DNA of 64,000 nt, taken from a virus. Taxonomy: Duplodnaviria > Heunggongvirae > Uroviricota > Caudoviricetes. The notes beneath the pieces are model-generated. The model was not told the DNA's origin and did no database searches. It was given only the letters and a program-made list of their open reading frames with translations. The position numbers and the translations under genes were made by a program. Where the stretch lies: the IMG/VR virus record IMGVR_UViG_3300042256_000013, positions 192,001 through 256,000 of that record; one strand, 5' to 3'. This document shows positions 27,764 through 37,410 of the stretch, one piece after another. Positions within the stretch are counted from its first letter, which is position 1. Each line of letters begins with the position of its first letter.

Positions 27764-30169
27764 ATGGCGTCAATTAACGAAATAGTTAATAAAATACAAA
27801 CTGGTAGTGTTAATATTCCAGAACCAAATATGGAAGGTATTAACGATCAGATTTCATCAACCGTTGACAGTTTAAATCAAACTGCACAAAATGCACAAAA
27901 CGCGGTTAAGAATAGTGCACAAGCAGCAAGTAATGCTGCTGTATCAGCCGCAAAAAATGGAATTGATAAAGCAAGTTCTAGTGTTAAAGGTATGATTCCC
28001 GGTGAAGCAAATGCTTATGTTGCCAGAACTGCACAAGAAAAACAAAAATCATATGATGCAAGTACTGACTTATATTCAAATGTAGATTTGAATGCTCTCG
28101 TACTTCCATATGACAATCCATTGCTTGCTTACCATAACTATACATGGAATTTCTCTCTATACACAATGTCACCATCTGAATATGAATTATTTTTAGATAA
28201 TGATAATGCAGATGTTAACAAATATGTTATTGCTCAAAGTGGTGTAACTGGAAGATATAGTATTGAAAGTGTTAAGATTACACAAGCTGGTCCAGCAACA
28301 CCTGGTATTACTTCAAACTATTCCATGAATACTGCTATTATGGAAATTAAAGAAAATGGTGGTCAACACTTGTTCGATGACCTTGTAGTACTGTCAAACA
28401 CTCTTGGTTATAAAAAATTCATGGATGTTCCATTTGTAATGGAATTAAATTTTGTAGGGTATGATGAAAATACTGGTGCACCTACTACAATGAAACCATT
28501 AAACCGTAAATGGGGTGTTAGACTTAATACTATTCAGGGTACAGCATCACAAAGTGGTGGAGCAATCACATATTCATTATCATTAAGTAGTACACGTGGT
28601 GGCATGATGGAAAATAAAGATTGGACACTAAAAGAACCTTATACTTGTACTACAGGTACTTTTGGAACATTTATCCAATCTCTACAAGATCATATGAACA
28701 AAGTAGCTACGGATCAATATGGTTATCTACGTTTTCGTTATGATCAATTTGCTAATGATGAATATTTTAAAATGATTCTACCTACTGAACTTGCTAATAT
28801 GACTATCAACTATGATACAAAGCAAAGTCCAGAAGTTAACCAAACATCTTCAGGTGCAAGTGGAGCTAAAGACTTTACATGGGGTGCTGATGTTCCAATT
28901 TCTCGTGTAATTGATGACGTATTGGACTGTTGTATGCCTTTACATGAAAGTACTGATAAGCGTCGTAATTTTGTTAATATTATTCCAGTTTCTCGTTATG
29001 TTGGATATGATCCTATCCGAGATACCAGTGCTTATAAAAACTTCTTCTATATATTGAAGTATAAAATTGGTGATGTAACTTCTAAAGATGATCTATTACC
29101 TGATTCATTTAATCTTCAATATTTTTATGACAATGCAGATAAGATCAATGATGAAACTGATCCTAATAAAAAACCAAAAATTAATGGTAAACGTTATGAT
29201 TATCAATTTAGTGGTTTAAACAATGAAATATTAAACTTGGATATAAAATTTGACCAAGGATTTAATATTGCGGTAACTCGTAACCCACAATCTCAAATTG
29301 ATACACAAAATACATCAGGTACACACGTTGCTGAAACGTTAGAATTTGCTGGTCAAGAATATAGTACTGCAACTAAAGAAGATACACAAGTTTTATGGGC
29401 TAAATCTCAAGAATTAGTTAATAAACAAAATTCTGGTCAAGAATTAACGGATGAAGAAAAACAATTTATTCGTGATGCACAAGGTGCGTCACAATCTCGT
29501 TTAATGCCAACAGACGGTGAAACTGATCAAACTAATCTTAATTTATCTATGTCTCCAGGTCTTCCATCGTATATAGAAGATTTTAGAAATACAATAGATG
29601 TTGGTGTTGAAGGTACTAATGGTATTGGTATTCCTCGCGTTGATAGTATTCCTACTGAACCTACTAACATTGGTAAAACGAACTCAGGTTCTAAAGGTGA
29701 TAACAGTTCTGATGATGAATTACAACGTAGATTGATTAGAGATAACTATTATAACCGTTCATTCTTAGGAAAACTTGATATTAAAGTAGTTGGCGATCCA
29801 TTCTGGTTAGGATGGGGTGATTATTCTTACATAAGGTATCTAGATAATGCTGCACGTGGTGAAGATATTAATCCAAGTCCTGAAGATATTCATTTTGCTA
29901 ACTATATGACAACGGAAACTTATTTGTTACTAAATTTAAAACCTATTGTAGCTATTAGTGATGATACTGGTATTTTAGAAGTTAATCAAAGTTCAGTATT
30001 CAATCAAAGCTTCTATCGTGTTAACAAAGTTGTTAGCGAATTTAATAGCAATGGTGGATTTACTCAGCAATTAACTGCTGGTTTAGTAATTCGTTCATTA
30101 AGAAATAAAGATCAACAAACAACTGGTACACAATCAGCGGAATCAATTAAAAAGGATGGTAAACAATAA
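27764..30169 (+). CDS. baseplate hub protein (gp27-like position)
   Basis: Sits between gp53-like and gp5-like genes. Carries IKVVGDPFWL and YRV.KV.S.F..G.FTQ.L motifs. Confidence 0.55.
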   Translation: MASINEIVNKIQTGSVNIPEPNMEGINDQISSTVDSLNQTAQNAQNAVKNSAQAASNAAVSAAKNGIDKASSSVKGMIPGEANAYVARTAQEKQKSYDASTDLYSNVDLNALVLPYDNPLLAYHNYTWNFSLYTMSPSEYELFLDNDNADVNKYVIAQSGVTGRYSIESVKITQAGPATPGITSNYSMNTAIMEIKENGGQHLFDDLVVLSNTLGYKKFMDVPFVMELNFVGYDENTGAPTTMKPLNRKWGVRLNTIQGTASQSGGAITYSLSLSSTRGGMMENKDWTLKEPYTCTTGTFGTFIQSLQDHMNKVATDQYGYLRFRYDQFANDEYFKMILPTELANMTINYDTKQSPEVNQTSSGASGAKDFTWGADVPISRVIDDVLDCCMPLHESTDKRRNFVNIIPVSRYVGYDPIRDTSAYKNFFYILKYKIGDVTSKDDLLPDSFNLQYFYDNADKINDETDPNKKPKINGKRYDYQFSGLNNEILNLDIKFDQGFNIAVTRNPQSQIDTQNTSGTHVAETLEFAGQEYSTATKEDTQVLWAKSQELVNKQNSGQELTDEEKQFIRDAQGASQSRLMPTDGETDQTNLNLSMSPGLPSYIEDFRNTIDVGVEGTNGIGIPRVDSIPTEPTNIGKTNSGSKGDNSSDDELQRRLIRDNYYNRSFLGKLDIKVVGDPFWLGWGDYSYIRYLDNAARGEDINPSPEDIHFANYMTTETYLLLNLKPIVAISDDTGILEVNQSSVFNQSFYRVNKVVSEFNSNGGFTQQLTAGLVIRSLRNKDQQTTGTQSAESIKKDGKQ

Positions 30170-32868
30170 TGGCATCGCAACAACCTAATGGTTCAGGAAC
30201 CAGTAATAGCATGGCTTATGCTAAGAACCAGGCTGCACGTTTCAATCCACAATTCGTACAATTAGCTACAGTTATGGATAATCGTGATCCTACAAGAACT
30301 GGTAAATTAAAAGTTTGGGTTCAGAATTCACAATCAGATTCTGATTCTAAAGGTTCATGGTTAACAGCATCGTATCTATCACCATTCGCTGGTAGAACAA
30401 CTGGTACACCTGGTGCTGAATCTTATTCACAATTCCCTAAAGGATATGGTTTTTGGGCAGTTCCACCAGATGTTGGAACAACCGTTGCTATATTCTTTGC
30501 AAATGGTAATATTCATGATTGTTGGTGGTTCGCATGTGGTTATGATGACCGCATGAACACAATGGTTCCAGGTAGTGCAACTCAGTTGATGCCAAATAGT
30601 GGATATGACATGGCAGTACCTATTACTGACTATGACCGTAATACAATACAAACTGAAATGGATCAAAAATACGTTAACGTTCCATTGGTAGCAGGCTTAA
30701 CTAAGCAAAATCTTCTTTATGACCAACAAAAAGGTGCAGCGAACCGTTCAAGTACTCGTCAAACTACAAGTACTGTATATGGTATGTCATCACCTCGTGG
30801 TAATAGTTTTATTATTGATGATGGATATACAGATGCGGAATTAACTGCACCAAATTGGGATGAAGACCCTGATTCGTATCAAAACACACAATTAGGTAAT
30901 GCAGTTAACGATACAGCGGTTGGTCAGCGTACCAATGAAGGTATTGTTTTGCGTACACGTAGTGGTGCACAATTCTTACTTTCAGAAGATAAAGGTAACG
31001 TATTTTTAATTAACCGTGATGGTACTGCACGTTTTGAAATGACTCCTGATGGACAAATTACCGTTCACTCAGATAAAAGTATTACAATTCGTACTGACGA
31101 AGATTTTAATCTAACAGTTGCTAAAGATATGAACGTTGAAATTGGTGGAAACTTAAACGTACAAACTCAAGGTAATACTAAATTAAATCTTGTAGGTAAT
31201 CTTGATGCTATTGTTAATGGACAAGTAGTTATTAACACTGGTGCTGATTTACGTTTAGTAGCAGCAGCAAGTATTCGTATACAAAGCGGTTCCAGTACTA
31301 ATATAACTTCGGGTGACAATACTGCAATAAAAACTGGTTCAACATTTGATGTAACTGCACCTTCTTCAGCTAATATAACTGCTGGTGGAACAAACTTTAC
31401 TATTGCTGGTACAGTTGATAGTAGTTCACAAATTAATGCTCCAGATTTCGTATCACCTGCTGTTGGTTTAAACAGTCATATTCACTTGCATGAATCATTC
31501 TCGTCACCAGACAACCATAGTAACGCAATGGCACCGCCAGTGCAAGGTGGCGGTAGAAATAATGCACAAGCAGCCTCTGCACCGCAGCCTGCGAACGATG
31601 TTGCTCCAGTGACTCCTACCGTTACACAACAAGATAACGTACAACATATTAACAGCACGACCGAAGTTGGTCAAGCCCTAACGCAAGATTTAGTCGTGTC
31701 AGATGGCGGTGAGGATAACACAACCGTTGAATCTTACACAACAACATATGAAGGATTACAACTATTCATGCCAGTGACTGGAACTATTCGTGAGTTCGGA
31801 TATTGGGGTAAAGGCGTTCCGACTCAAAGTGGTGGAACTACTAATAGAAATGGTTGGATTATTCAAGCTAAAGGCGATGTAGTTGCTCCAGATGGTGGTT
31901 TAATTACTAAGATGGGTAATGGTGGAGTTATTATTACACATCCAATTGGTTACAAGAGTATTTTCTATGATATTGACGTAACTGTAATGAATAGAGATAC
32001 AGTTACTAAAGGACAAAAGATTGGTACTGCAAATGGTGTATTCACCTTTGAAATAAGATTAGGTAGTGCAAACATTTATGGTTGGGGTGGAACAGTTGAT
32101 CCTGGTTTATTCTACAGTACTGTAACTGGTAAAGGTGCAGATTGTGCAAATAAAAGTTTAACAGGTGGAAAACCTTCTAACCCTAATCCTAAACCTGCAA
32201 CTTCATATTCTGAGAATAGTACAGATTTAGTAGTTATCACAACAGTTGGTAGCATTGGTTCTGGATATTCACAACGTGGTTCATTGCATGTTCCTAAACG
32301 AACAAGCACCACTAAACGTAATTCTAATACGTCTGCAAGTGCACCAGCAGAGGATTTGTCAAACATTGATAAAACCGCAATTGGTTGGAAAGTATCTGCA
32401 ACTGATTCTAAGTTACTTGAAGAAGTAAAAGAATTTGAAGGTACTATTCAATATCAAACTTCTGTTGGATATTACCGTAGTGGAAGATTCTGGATATATA
32501 AAGATAGCTTAGGTTATCCAACAATTGGATATGGACATTTAATAACTGCTGCTGATAATTTCGCTGGTGGTATTGATGAAGCTCAAGCTGATGCATTATT
32601 ACAGAAAGATTTAGCTCGTACTGTAAATGATGCGGCATCATTATATGCTCAATATAAGATGCAAACTCCTTATATATGCCAGATAGTACTTACCGAAATG
32701 TGTTTCCAAATGGGTAAAGGAAAAGTTGCTAAATTTAAAAATACATTAGCAGCAATGGCAAGTGGTGATTATAGAGGTGCAGCCGCAGGTATTAGAAACT
32801 CTGCATGGTATAGACAAACAACTCGTCGTGCTGAAATTATGGCACGTAGAGTCGAGTCCTGTCAATAA
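30169..32868 (+). CDS. baseplate spike / tail lysozyme (gp5-like)
   Basis: OB-fold DPTRTGKLKVW and PPDVGTTV, beta-helix repeats, HIH, and a C-terminal T4-type lysozyme (YKDSLGYPTIGYGHL). Confidence 0.85.
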   Translation: MASQQPNGSGTSNSMAYAKNQAARFNPQFVQLATVMDNRDPTRTGKLKVWVQNSQSDSDSKGSWLTASYLSPFAGRTTGTPGAESYSQFPKGYGFWAVPPDVGTTVAIFFANGNIHDCWWFACGYDDRMNTMVPGSATQLMPNSGYDMAVPITDYDRNTIQTEMDQKYVNVPLVAGLTKQNLLYDQQKGAANRSSTRQTTSTVYGMSSPRGNSFIIDDGYTDAELTAPNWDEDPDSYQNTQLGNAVNDTAVGQRTNEGIVLRTRSGAQFLLSEDKGNVFLINRDGTARFEMTPDGQITVHSDKSITIRTDEDFNLTVAKDMNVEIGGNLNVQTQGNTKLNLVGNLDAIVNGQVVINTGADLRLVAAASIRIQSGSSTNITSGDNTAIKTGSTFDVTAPSSANITAGGTNFTIAGTVDSSSQINAPDFVSPAVGLNSHIHLHESFSSPDNHSNAMAPPVQGGGRNNAQAASAPQPANDVAPVTPTVTQQDNVQHINSTTEVGQALTQDLVVSDGGEDNTTVESYTTTYEGLQLFMPVTGTIREFGYWGKGVPTQSGGTTNRNGWIIQAKGDVVAPDGGLITKMGNGGVIITHPIGYKSIFYDIDVTVMNRDTVTKGQKIGTANGVFTFEIRLGSANIYGWGGTVDPGLFYSTVTGKGADCANKSLTGGKPSNPNPKPATSYSENSTDLVVITTVGSIGSGYSQRGSLHVPKRTSTTKRNSNTSASAPAEDLSNIDKTAIGWKVSATDSKLLEEVKEFEGTIQYQTSVGYYRSGRFWIYKDSLGYPTIGYGHLITAADNFAGGIDEAQADALLQKDLARTVNDAASLYAQYKMQTPYICQIVLTEMCFQMGKGKVAKFKNTLAAMASGDYRGAAAGIRNSAWYRQTTRRAEIMARRVESCQ

Positions 32869-32900
32869 ATACTTGTACTGATTAATTCAGGAGGTATTAA

Positions 32901-33389
32901 ATGAGTAATTGGGTATTAACAAGTACAAATTCTAGCCTTTTAAATGATATTAAAAACTTCGAAGGTACAATTGCGTATCAAACTAAAGTTGGATATTATA
33001 AAGATGGTAAGTTTTGGACTTATAAAGATAGCTTAGGCTATCCAACAATTGGGTATGGTCATTTGATTTTATCTGGTGAGAACTTTAAACAAGGTCTTAA
33101 CGAAAGTCAAGCTAATGACCTTCTATCAAAGGATCTCGCATCTACCGTAGCTGATGCTAAATCTCTCTACGAACAATATAACATGAAAGGTGGAATTGAA
33201 CTACAGAAAGTTCTAACTCAAATGGTATTCCAAATGGGTAAAACTAAAGTATCTGCATTCAAAAACACTTTATCTGCTATGGGTCGTGCTGATTATAAAG
33301 CTGCTGCTAAAGGTATGCGTGATTCTGCTTGGTATAAACAAACAACTTCTCGTGCTGAATTGTTAGCACGTATTGTTGAATCGCTATAA
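32901..33389 (+). CDS. T4-type lysozyme (GH24)
   Basis: FEG...YKDSLGYPTIGYGHL, MVFQMG and SAWYKQT..RA motifs. Confidence 0.9.
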   Translation: MSNWVLTSTNSSLLNDIKNFEGTIAYQTKVGYYKDGKFWTYKDSLGYPTIGYGHLILSGENFKQGLNESQANDLLSKDLASTVADAKSLYEQYNMKGGIELQKVLTQMVFQMGKTKVSAFKNTLSAMGRADYKAAAKGMRDSAWYKQTTSRAELLARIVESL

Positions 33390-33399
33390 GGAATAACAG

Positions 33400-33789
33400 A
33401 TGGCAGTTATATTCAAAGGGTTTTCTTCTCCTGTAGTGGGAAAAACCGCAGTACTATATGATGTTGACATTGTTCGTCAAGATTTACTAAATCACTTTAA
33501 CACACGTAAAGGTGAAAGAGTAATGGATGTTGAGTACGGTTTTATTGGTTGGGATTTGCTTTTCGAAATAGATAGACCTGGGAACTCTCAACTTCTTGAA
33601 GCTGATGTTCGTCGTATAGTAGCACTTGATCCTCGATTGCAATTGCTATCTGTAACCGTATCAAGTGTAGAGTACGGTTATCGTATTGACCTATCTCTCT
33701 ATTACGTTCAATTAGAAAGTGTAGAAGATTTAGAATTAGTATTTGATAATCGTTCACAACAAAGAATGGCGTTCGTAAACGCTGCTTAA
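33400..33789 (+). CDS. gp25: baseplate wedge gp25-like
   Basis: DLLNHFNTRKGERVM...G...DLLFE and DPR motifs. Confidence 0.85.
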   Translation: MAVIFKGFSSPVVGKTAVLYDVDIVRQDLLNHFNTRKGERVMDVEYGFIGWDLLFEIDRPGNSQLLEADVRRIVALDPRLQLLSVTVSSVEYGYRIDLSLYYVQLESVEDLELVFDNRSQQRMAFVNAA

Positions 33790-33796
33790 CTTAATT

Positions 33797-33826
33797 AAAG
33801 GCTGACTTGGTTCAGCCTTTTCTTTT
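33797..33826 (+). terminator. intrinsic terminator
   Basis: aaaggctga-cttggt-tcagccttt followed by a T tract. Confidence 0.75.
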
Positions 33827-33867
33827 GGATAAATATTTCTATATTATTATATGAGGTGTATATAAAC

Positions 33868-36800
33868 ATGGCACAACAAAAACGACAATCTAATTTGTAT
33901 GCTGCTGAAGACTGGCAACAAGTATATGAGTCATTTGCTCAAATTAACTTGACTGCGTATGACTTCGATACAATTCGTGAAAGTATGGTTAACTATCTTC
34001 GTCTAACATATCCAGATTCTTTCAATGACTGGATTGAAAACGATGAGTTCATTTTTATTCTTGATACAATCGCATTGATTGGTCAGAACTTAGCATTTCG
34101 TATGGACTTGAACAGCCGTGAGAACTTTCTCGATACAGCAGAGCGTAGAGCTTCAGTACTAAAATTAGCTAAGATGATTTCTTATGCACCTAAACGTGCA
34201 TACCCTGGACGTGGAATGGCAAAAGTTATGACCGTTAAAACTAACCAGGATATTAAAAATAGTTTTGGTCAATCACTAAAAAACCAACTTGTACGTTGGA
34301 ATGACCCAAGTGATAATAACTGGTACGAGAATTTTATTCTTGTAATGAACAGTGTTTTAATTGATACAAACCAATTTGGTGATCCAATTAAAAAAGTTAC
34401 AATTAATGGTGTTTCTAACCAACTATATCAAATGAATACTATTCCAATGAGTGCACCAAATATTCCATTCACCGTGAATATTAATGGTGAGTCAATGCCA
34501 TTTGAAGTTGTTAATCCTGATATTACAAGTACTGGTACTGTATCTGAACGTCATCCACAACCACAAGAACAAAAACATATCATCTATAGAAATGATGGTA
34601 ATGGATTTGATTCACCATATACTGGATTCTTCGTATATTTCAAACAAGGTAATTTATCATTTACTGATTTTGAATATGAACAACGCATTGAAAGCCGTGT
34701 TCAAGAATTGAATACAAATAATATTAATGAAATTGATGTATGGGTACAAGAAATTACTGATGATGGTTTAGTCCGTACTAAATGGACACGTGTACCAGCA
34801 ATTGAATCTATTTCTTATAACTCAGTAGACCGTAAACAGAAAAATATTTTCTCAGTAACTACTCGTGATAACGACCAAATTACAATTAAATTCCCTGATG
34901 CTCGTTCAGGTCAAGTTCCTCGTGGATCTTATCGTTTTTGGTACAGAGTTAGTAATGGTGAAACTTATACAATCAAAACAACAGATATTCAAAATAAACC
35001 AATTAAGTACACATATCGTACTAATACACAATCAGAATATGAATCAAGTACGTTAGATATTCAATTTAGTTTACAGTTCCAATCATCACTTGCTCAGTCT
35101 CGTGAAACTATTGAACAAATTAAAGAACGTGCACCACAATTATATTACACTCAGAACCGTTTCGTCAATGGTGAAGATTATAATATTGCACCGTTAATGT
35201 TAGGAAACACCGTACTAAAAGCTAAAGCAATTAACCGTATATACAGTGGACAATCCAGATTTATTGATATTAATGATCCAACTGGTAAGTATCAAAACAC
35301 CGATGTATTCACTGATGATGGTGCAATATACCGCGATACTACTCAGGCAAGTAATTCAGTACTTCTACCATCAACTAAATCTAATACTGCAATAGTTATT
35401 GATAGTATTCAACCGTTGATTGGAGATAACTCTGTTATTCAGTTGTATCAAGATTTTCCATCAAACACCGTTGTTATAAGTAACAACCAGCAATGGACTC
35501 CAGAATTTAACTCAAGTTATTCTTCAAATACTTATGGTAAAATTATGGTAGGGGCAACAGCCGTTGATTATGATATTGGTACAATAATTAATTTCCCATC
35601 TTCAACTGGTGTTGATGTTTGGACTTCAGTTGTTGATAAAACTGATGATGGTTATCTTATTCTTTCTATGCCAATAGATAATAAACAATCAGCATCTGAA
35701 TTTATTAAACCATTCCGTGTTAAATTTTCTAATGTTGAAGTTCAAACAATTGCTGCTGAATTAGATAAGAAAACTGATTTTGTTATGATCTATGACCCTA
35801 ATACATTGACCTGGATTCCGATTGAAGGAACATATACTGGAACTACCGTTACGTATAACAATAATTCATATCCAATTCTTATTAATATTTCTTATACATC
35901 AGAATCTTGGGAATTTGTTAGTAATGGCATTGATTATATATTTGTTGGTGGTGAAAAGGTTCGATTCTACTTTGTTAGTACAGAAAATATCAGTGATATA
36001 AGTACTGGTACTGTTCAATCCGATAAAATTGATATTTTATCGTATAATACTAATTATACAAATAATAATGGATATACAAGTGATGAATCACTTCAAATTA
36101 TTGAAACTGTTAATCAGGAAAATGGATATATTGATGGTTCACGTGTTATAGTAACAAGTTCATCAAGAGATACTAATGGAATTCCATTAAATCCAAATCA
36201 ATTTAGAAATATTGTTCCATCTTTATCTGGAACAAATAAAACTAAGTATGAACAGTGGCTAGTGTTTCATGAAAATACAGATTTCACTATTGATCTAGTT
36301 AATACTGTATCAGATGACTTTACATTACTAGATAGTTCTTGGATATATACATTAACTCAAGCAAATGCTGAAACTATAGCATACAGAAAAGCTTCGTTAA
36401 CTCGTAATGTTCAAATGCGTACTACTTCAGTTGCAGGATTGCTTAATAAGGGTTCTGGCTTTGTTATTGGGTTCGAATTAAATGGTTCAGACTATTTTAT
36501 TGAGCAAACAGTTGGTAATAACAATGATCGTATGAATAATTTCTTATCCAATATGACATTGAGTACTGATACTAATCCAATCACTCCTGAACAAGCATTT
36601 AAACGTGCAATTGACAACATGAGTTCAGATACTGCGAATGAATCTGTAAAACTTGATTATTACGGATACAAAGATGTAAGTACTGATTACTTTATCAAGA
36701 AAGATGCTCGTGTAGACATTAATTATCACTGGAAACATTATGCACCTGATGATAATCGCATTGATCCAAGTAGAACTAACTTGATTGATATGTATGTTTT

Positions 36801-37332
36801 GACCAGTTCTTATAAAGATGAAGTTGATATTTGGCTTAAACAAGATAATGGTTCAGAATTCCCTAAACCACCAACCAGTACTGAACTATCAGAGATGTTT
36901 GCGGATGTTGAAAATAGAATAGTAGTTAGTGATAGTATGATTTGGCACAGTGCAACGTACTTAAAACTCTTTGGTGATACGGCTGATGCTGATTATCGTG
37001 CAGATTTTAAAGTTATTAAGCTACCTAATAGTACTTTGAGTGATGATGAAATTCGTCAGAAGGTAATTTCACTAACAAATGATTTCTTTAGTGTAGATAA
37101 TTGGGATTTCGGTGAAAGCTTCTACTATACTGAACTTGCAACATACATACACATCAACTTAAGTACTGAAATAGCATCAGTTGTTATCGTACCTCAAAAT
37201 CCAAGTTCTAAATTTGGTGAATTGTTTGAGATACCAAGTGCATCTGACCAACTATTCGTTAGTACTGCAACCGTTGATAATGTTATTATCGTTAACTCTC
37301 TTGCGAAAAGTAACATAAACATTGGAAAATAA
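33868..37332 (+). CDS. gp6: baseplate wedge gp6-like
   Basis: DFDTIR..M..YL, ENFLDTAERRASV..LAK.I.Y.P, and ETIEQIK.RAP..Y.TQNR.V..EDY motifs. Confidence 0.85.
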   Translation: MAQQKRQSNLYAAEDWQQVYESFAQINLTAYDFDTIRESMVNYLRLTYPDSFNDWIENDEFIFILDTIALIGQNLAFRMDLNSRENFLDTAERRASVLKLAKMISYAPKRAYPGRGMAKVMTVKTNQDIKNSFGQSLKNQLVRWNDPSDNNWYENFILVMNSVLIDTNQFGDPIKKVTINGVSNQLYQMNTIPMSAPNIPFTVNINGESMPFEVVNPDITSTGTVSERHPQPQEQKHIIYRNDGNGFDSPYTGFFVYFKQGNLSFTDFEYEQRIESRVQELNTNNINEIDVWVQEITDDGLVRTKWTRVPAIESISYNSVDRKQKNIFSVTTRDNDQITIKFPDARSGQVPRGSYRFWYRVSNGETYTIKTTDIQNKPIKYTYRTNTQSEYESSTLDIQFSLQFQSSLAQSRETIEQIKERAPQLYYTQNRFVNGEDYNIAPLMLGNTVLKAKAINRIYSGQSRFIDINDPTGKYQNTDVFTDDGAIYRDTTQASNSVLLPSTKSNTAIVIDSIQPLIGDNSVIQLYQDFPSNTVVISNNQQWTPEFNSSYSSNTYGKIMVGATAVDYDIGTIINFPSSTGVDVWTSVVDKTDDGYLILSMPIDNKQSASEFIKPFRVKFSNVEVQTIAAELDKKTDFVMIYDPNTLTWIPIEGTYTGTTVTYNNNSYPILINISYTSESWEFVSNGIDYIFVGGEKVRFYFVSTENISDISTGTVQSDKIDILSYNTNYTNNNGYTSDESLQIIETVNQENGYIDGSRVIVTSSSRDTNGIPLNPNQFRNIVPSLSGTNKTKYEQWLVFHENTDFTIDLVNTVSDDFTLLDSSWIYTLTQANAETIAYRKASLTRNVQMRTTSVAGLLNKGSGFVIGFELNGSDYFIEQTVGNNNDRMNNFLSNMTLSTDTNPITPEQAFKRAIDNMSSDTANESVKLDYYGYKDVSTDYFIKKDARVDINYHWKHYAPDDNRIDPSRTNLIDMYVLTSSYKDEVDIWLKQDNGSEFPKPPTSTELSEMFADVENRIVVSDSMIWHSATYLKLFGDTADADYRADFKVIKLPNSTLSDDEIRQKVISLTNDFFSVDNWDFGESFYYTELATYIHINLSTEIASVVIVPQNPSSKFGELFEIPSASDQLFVSTATVDNVIIVNSLAKSNINIGK

Positions 37333-37333
37333 T

Positions 37334-37360
37334 AAAAGGGCATCTTCGGATGCCCTTTAT
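37334..37360 (+). terminator. hairpin with UUCG tetraloop, probable terminator
   Basis: aaagggcatc-ttcg-gatgcccttt. Confidence 0.75.
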
Positions 37361-37410
37361 ATTGCCATAAATAAAACAAATGAGAAAAAGAATTTTTATT
37401 GGAGAATAAA

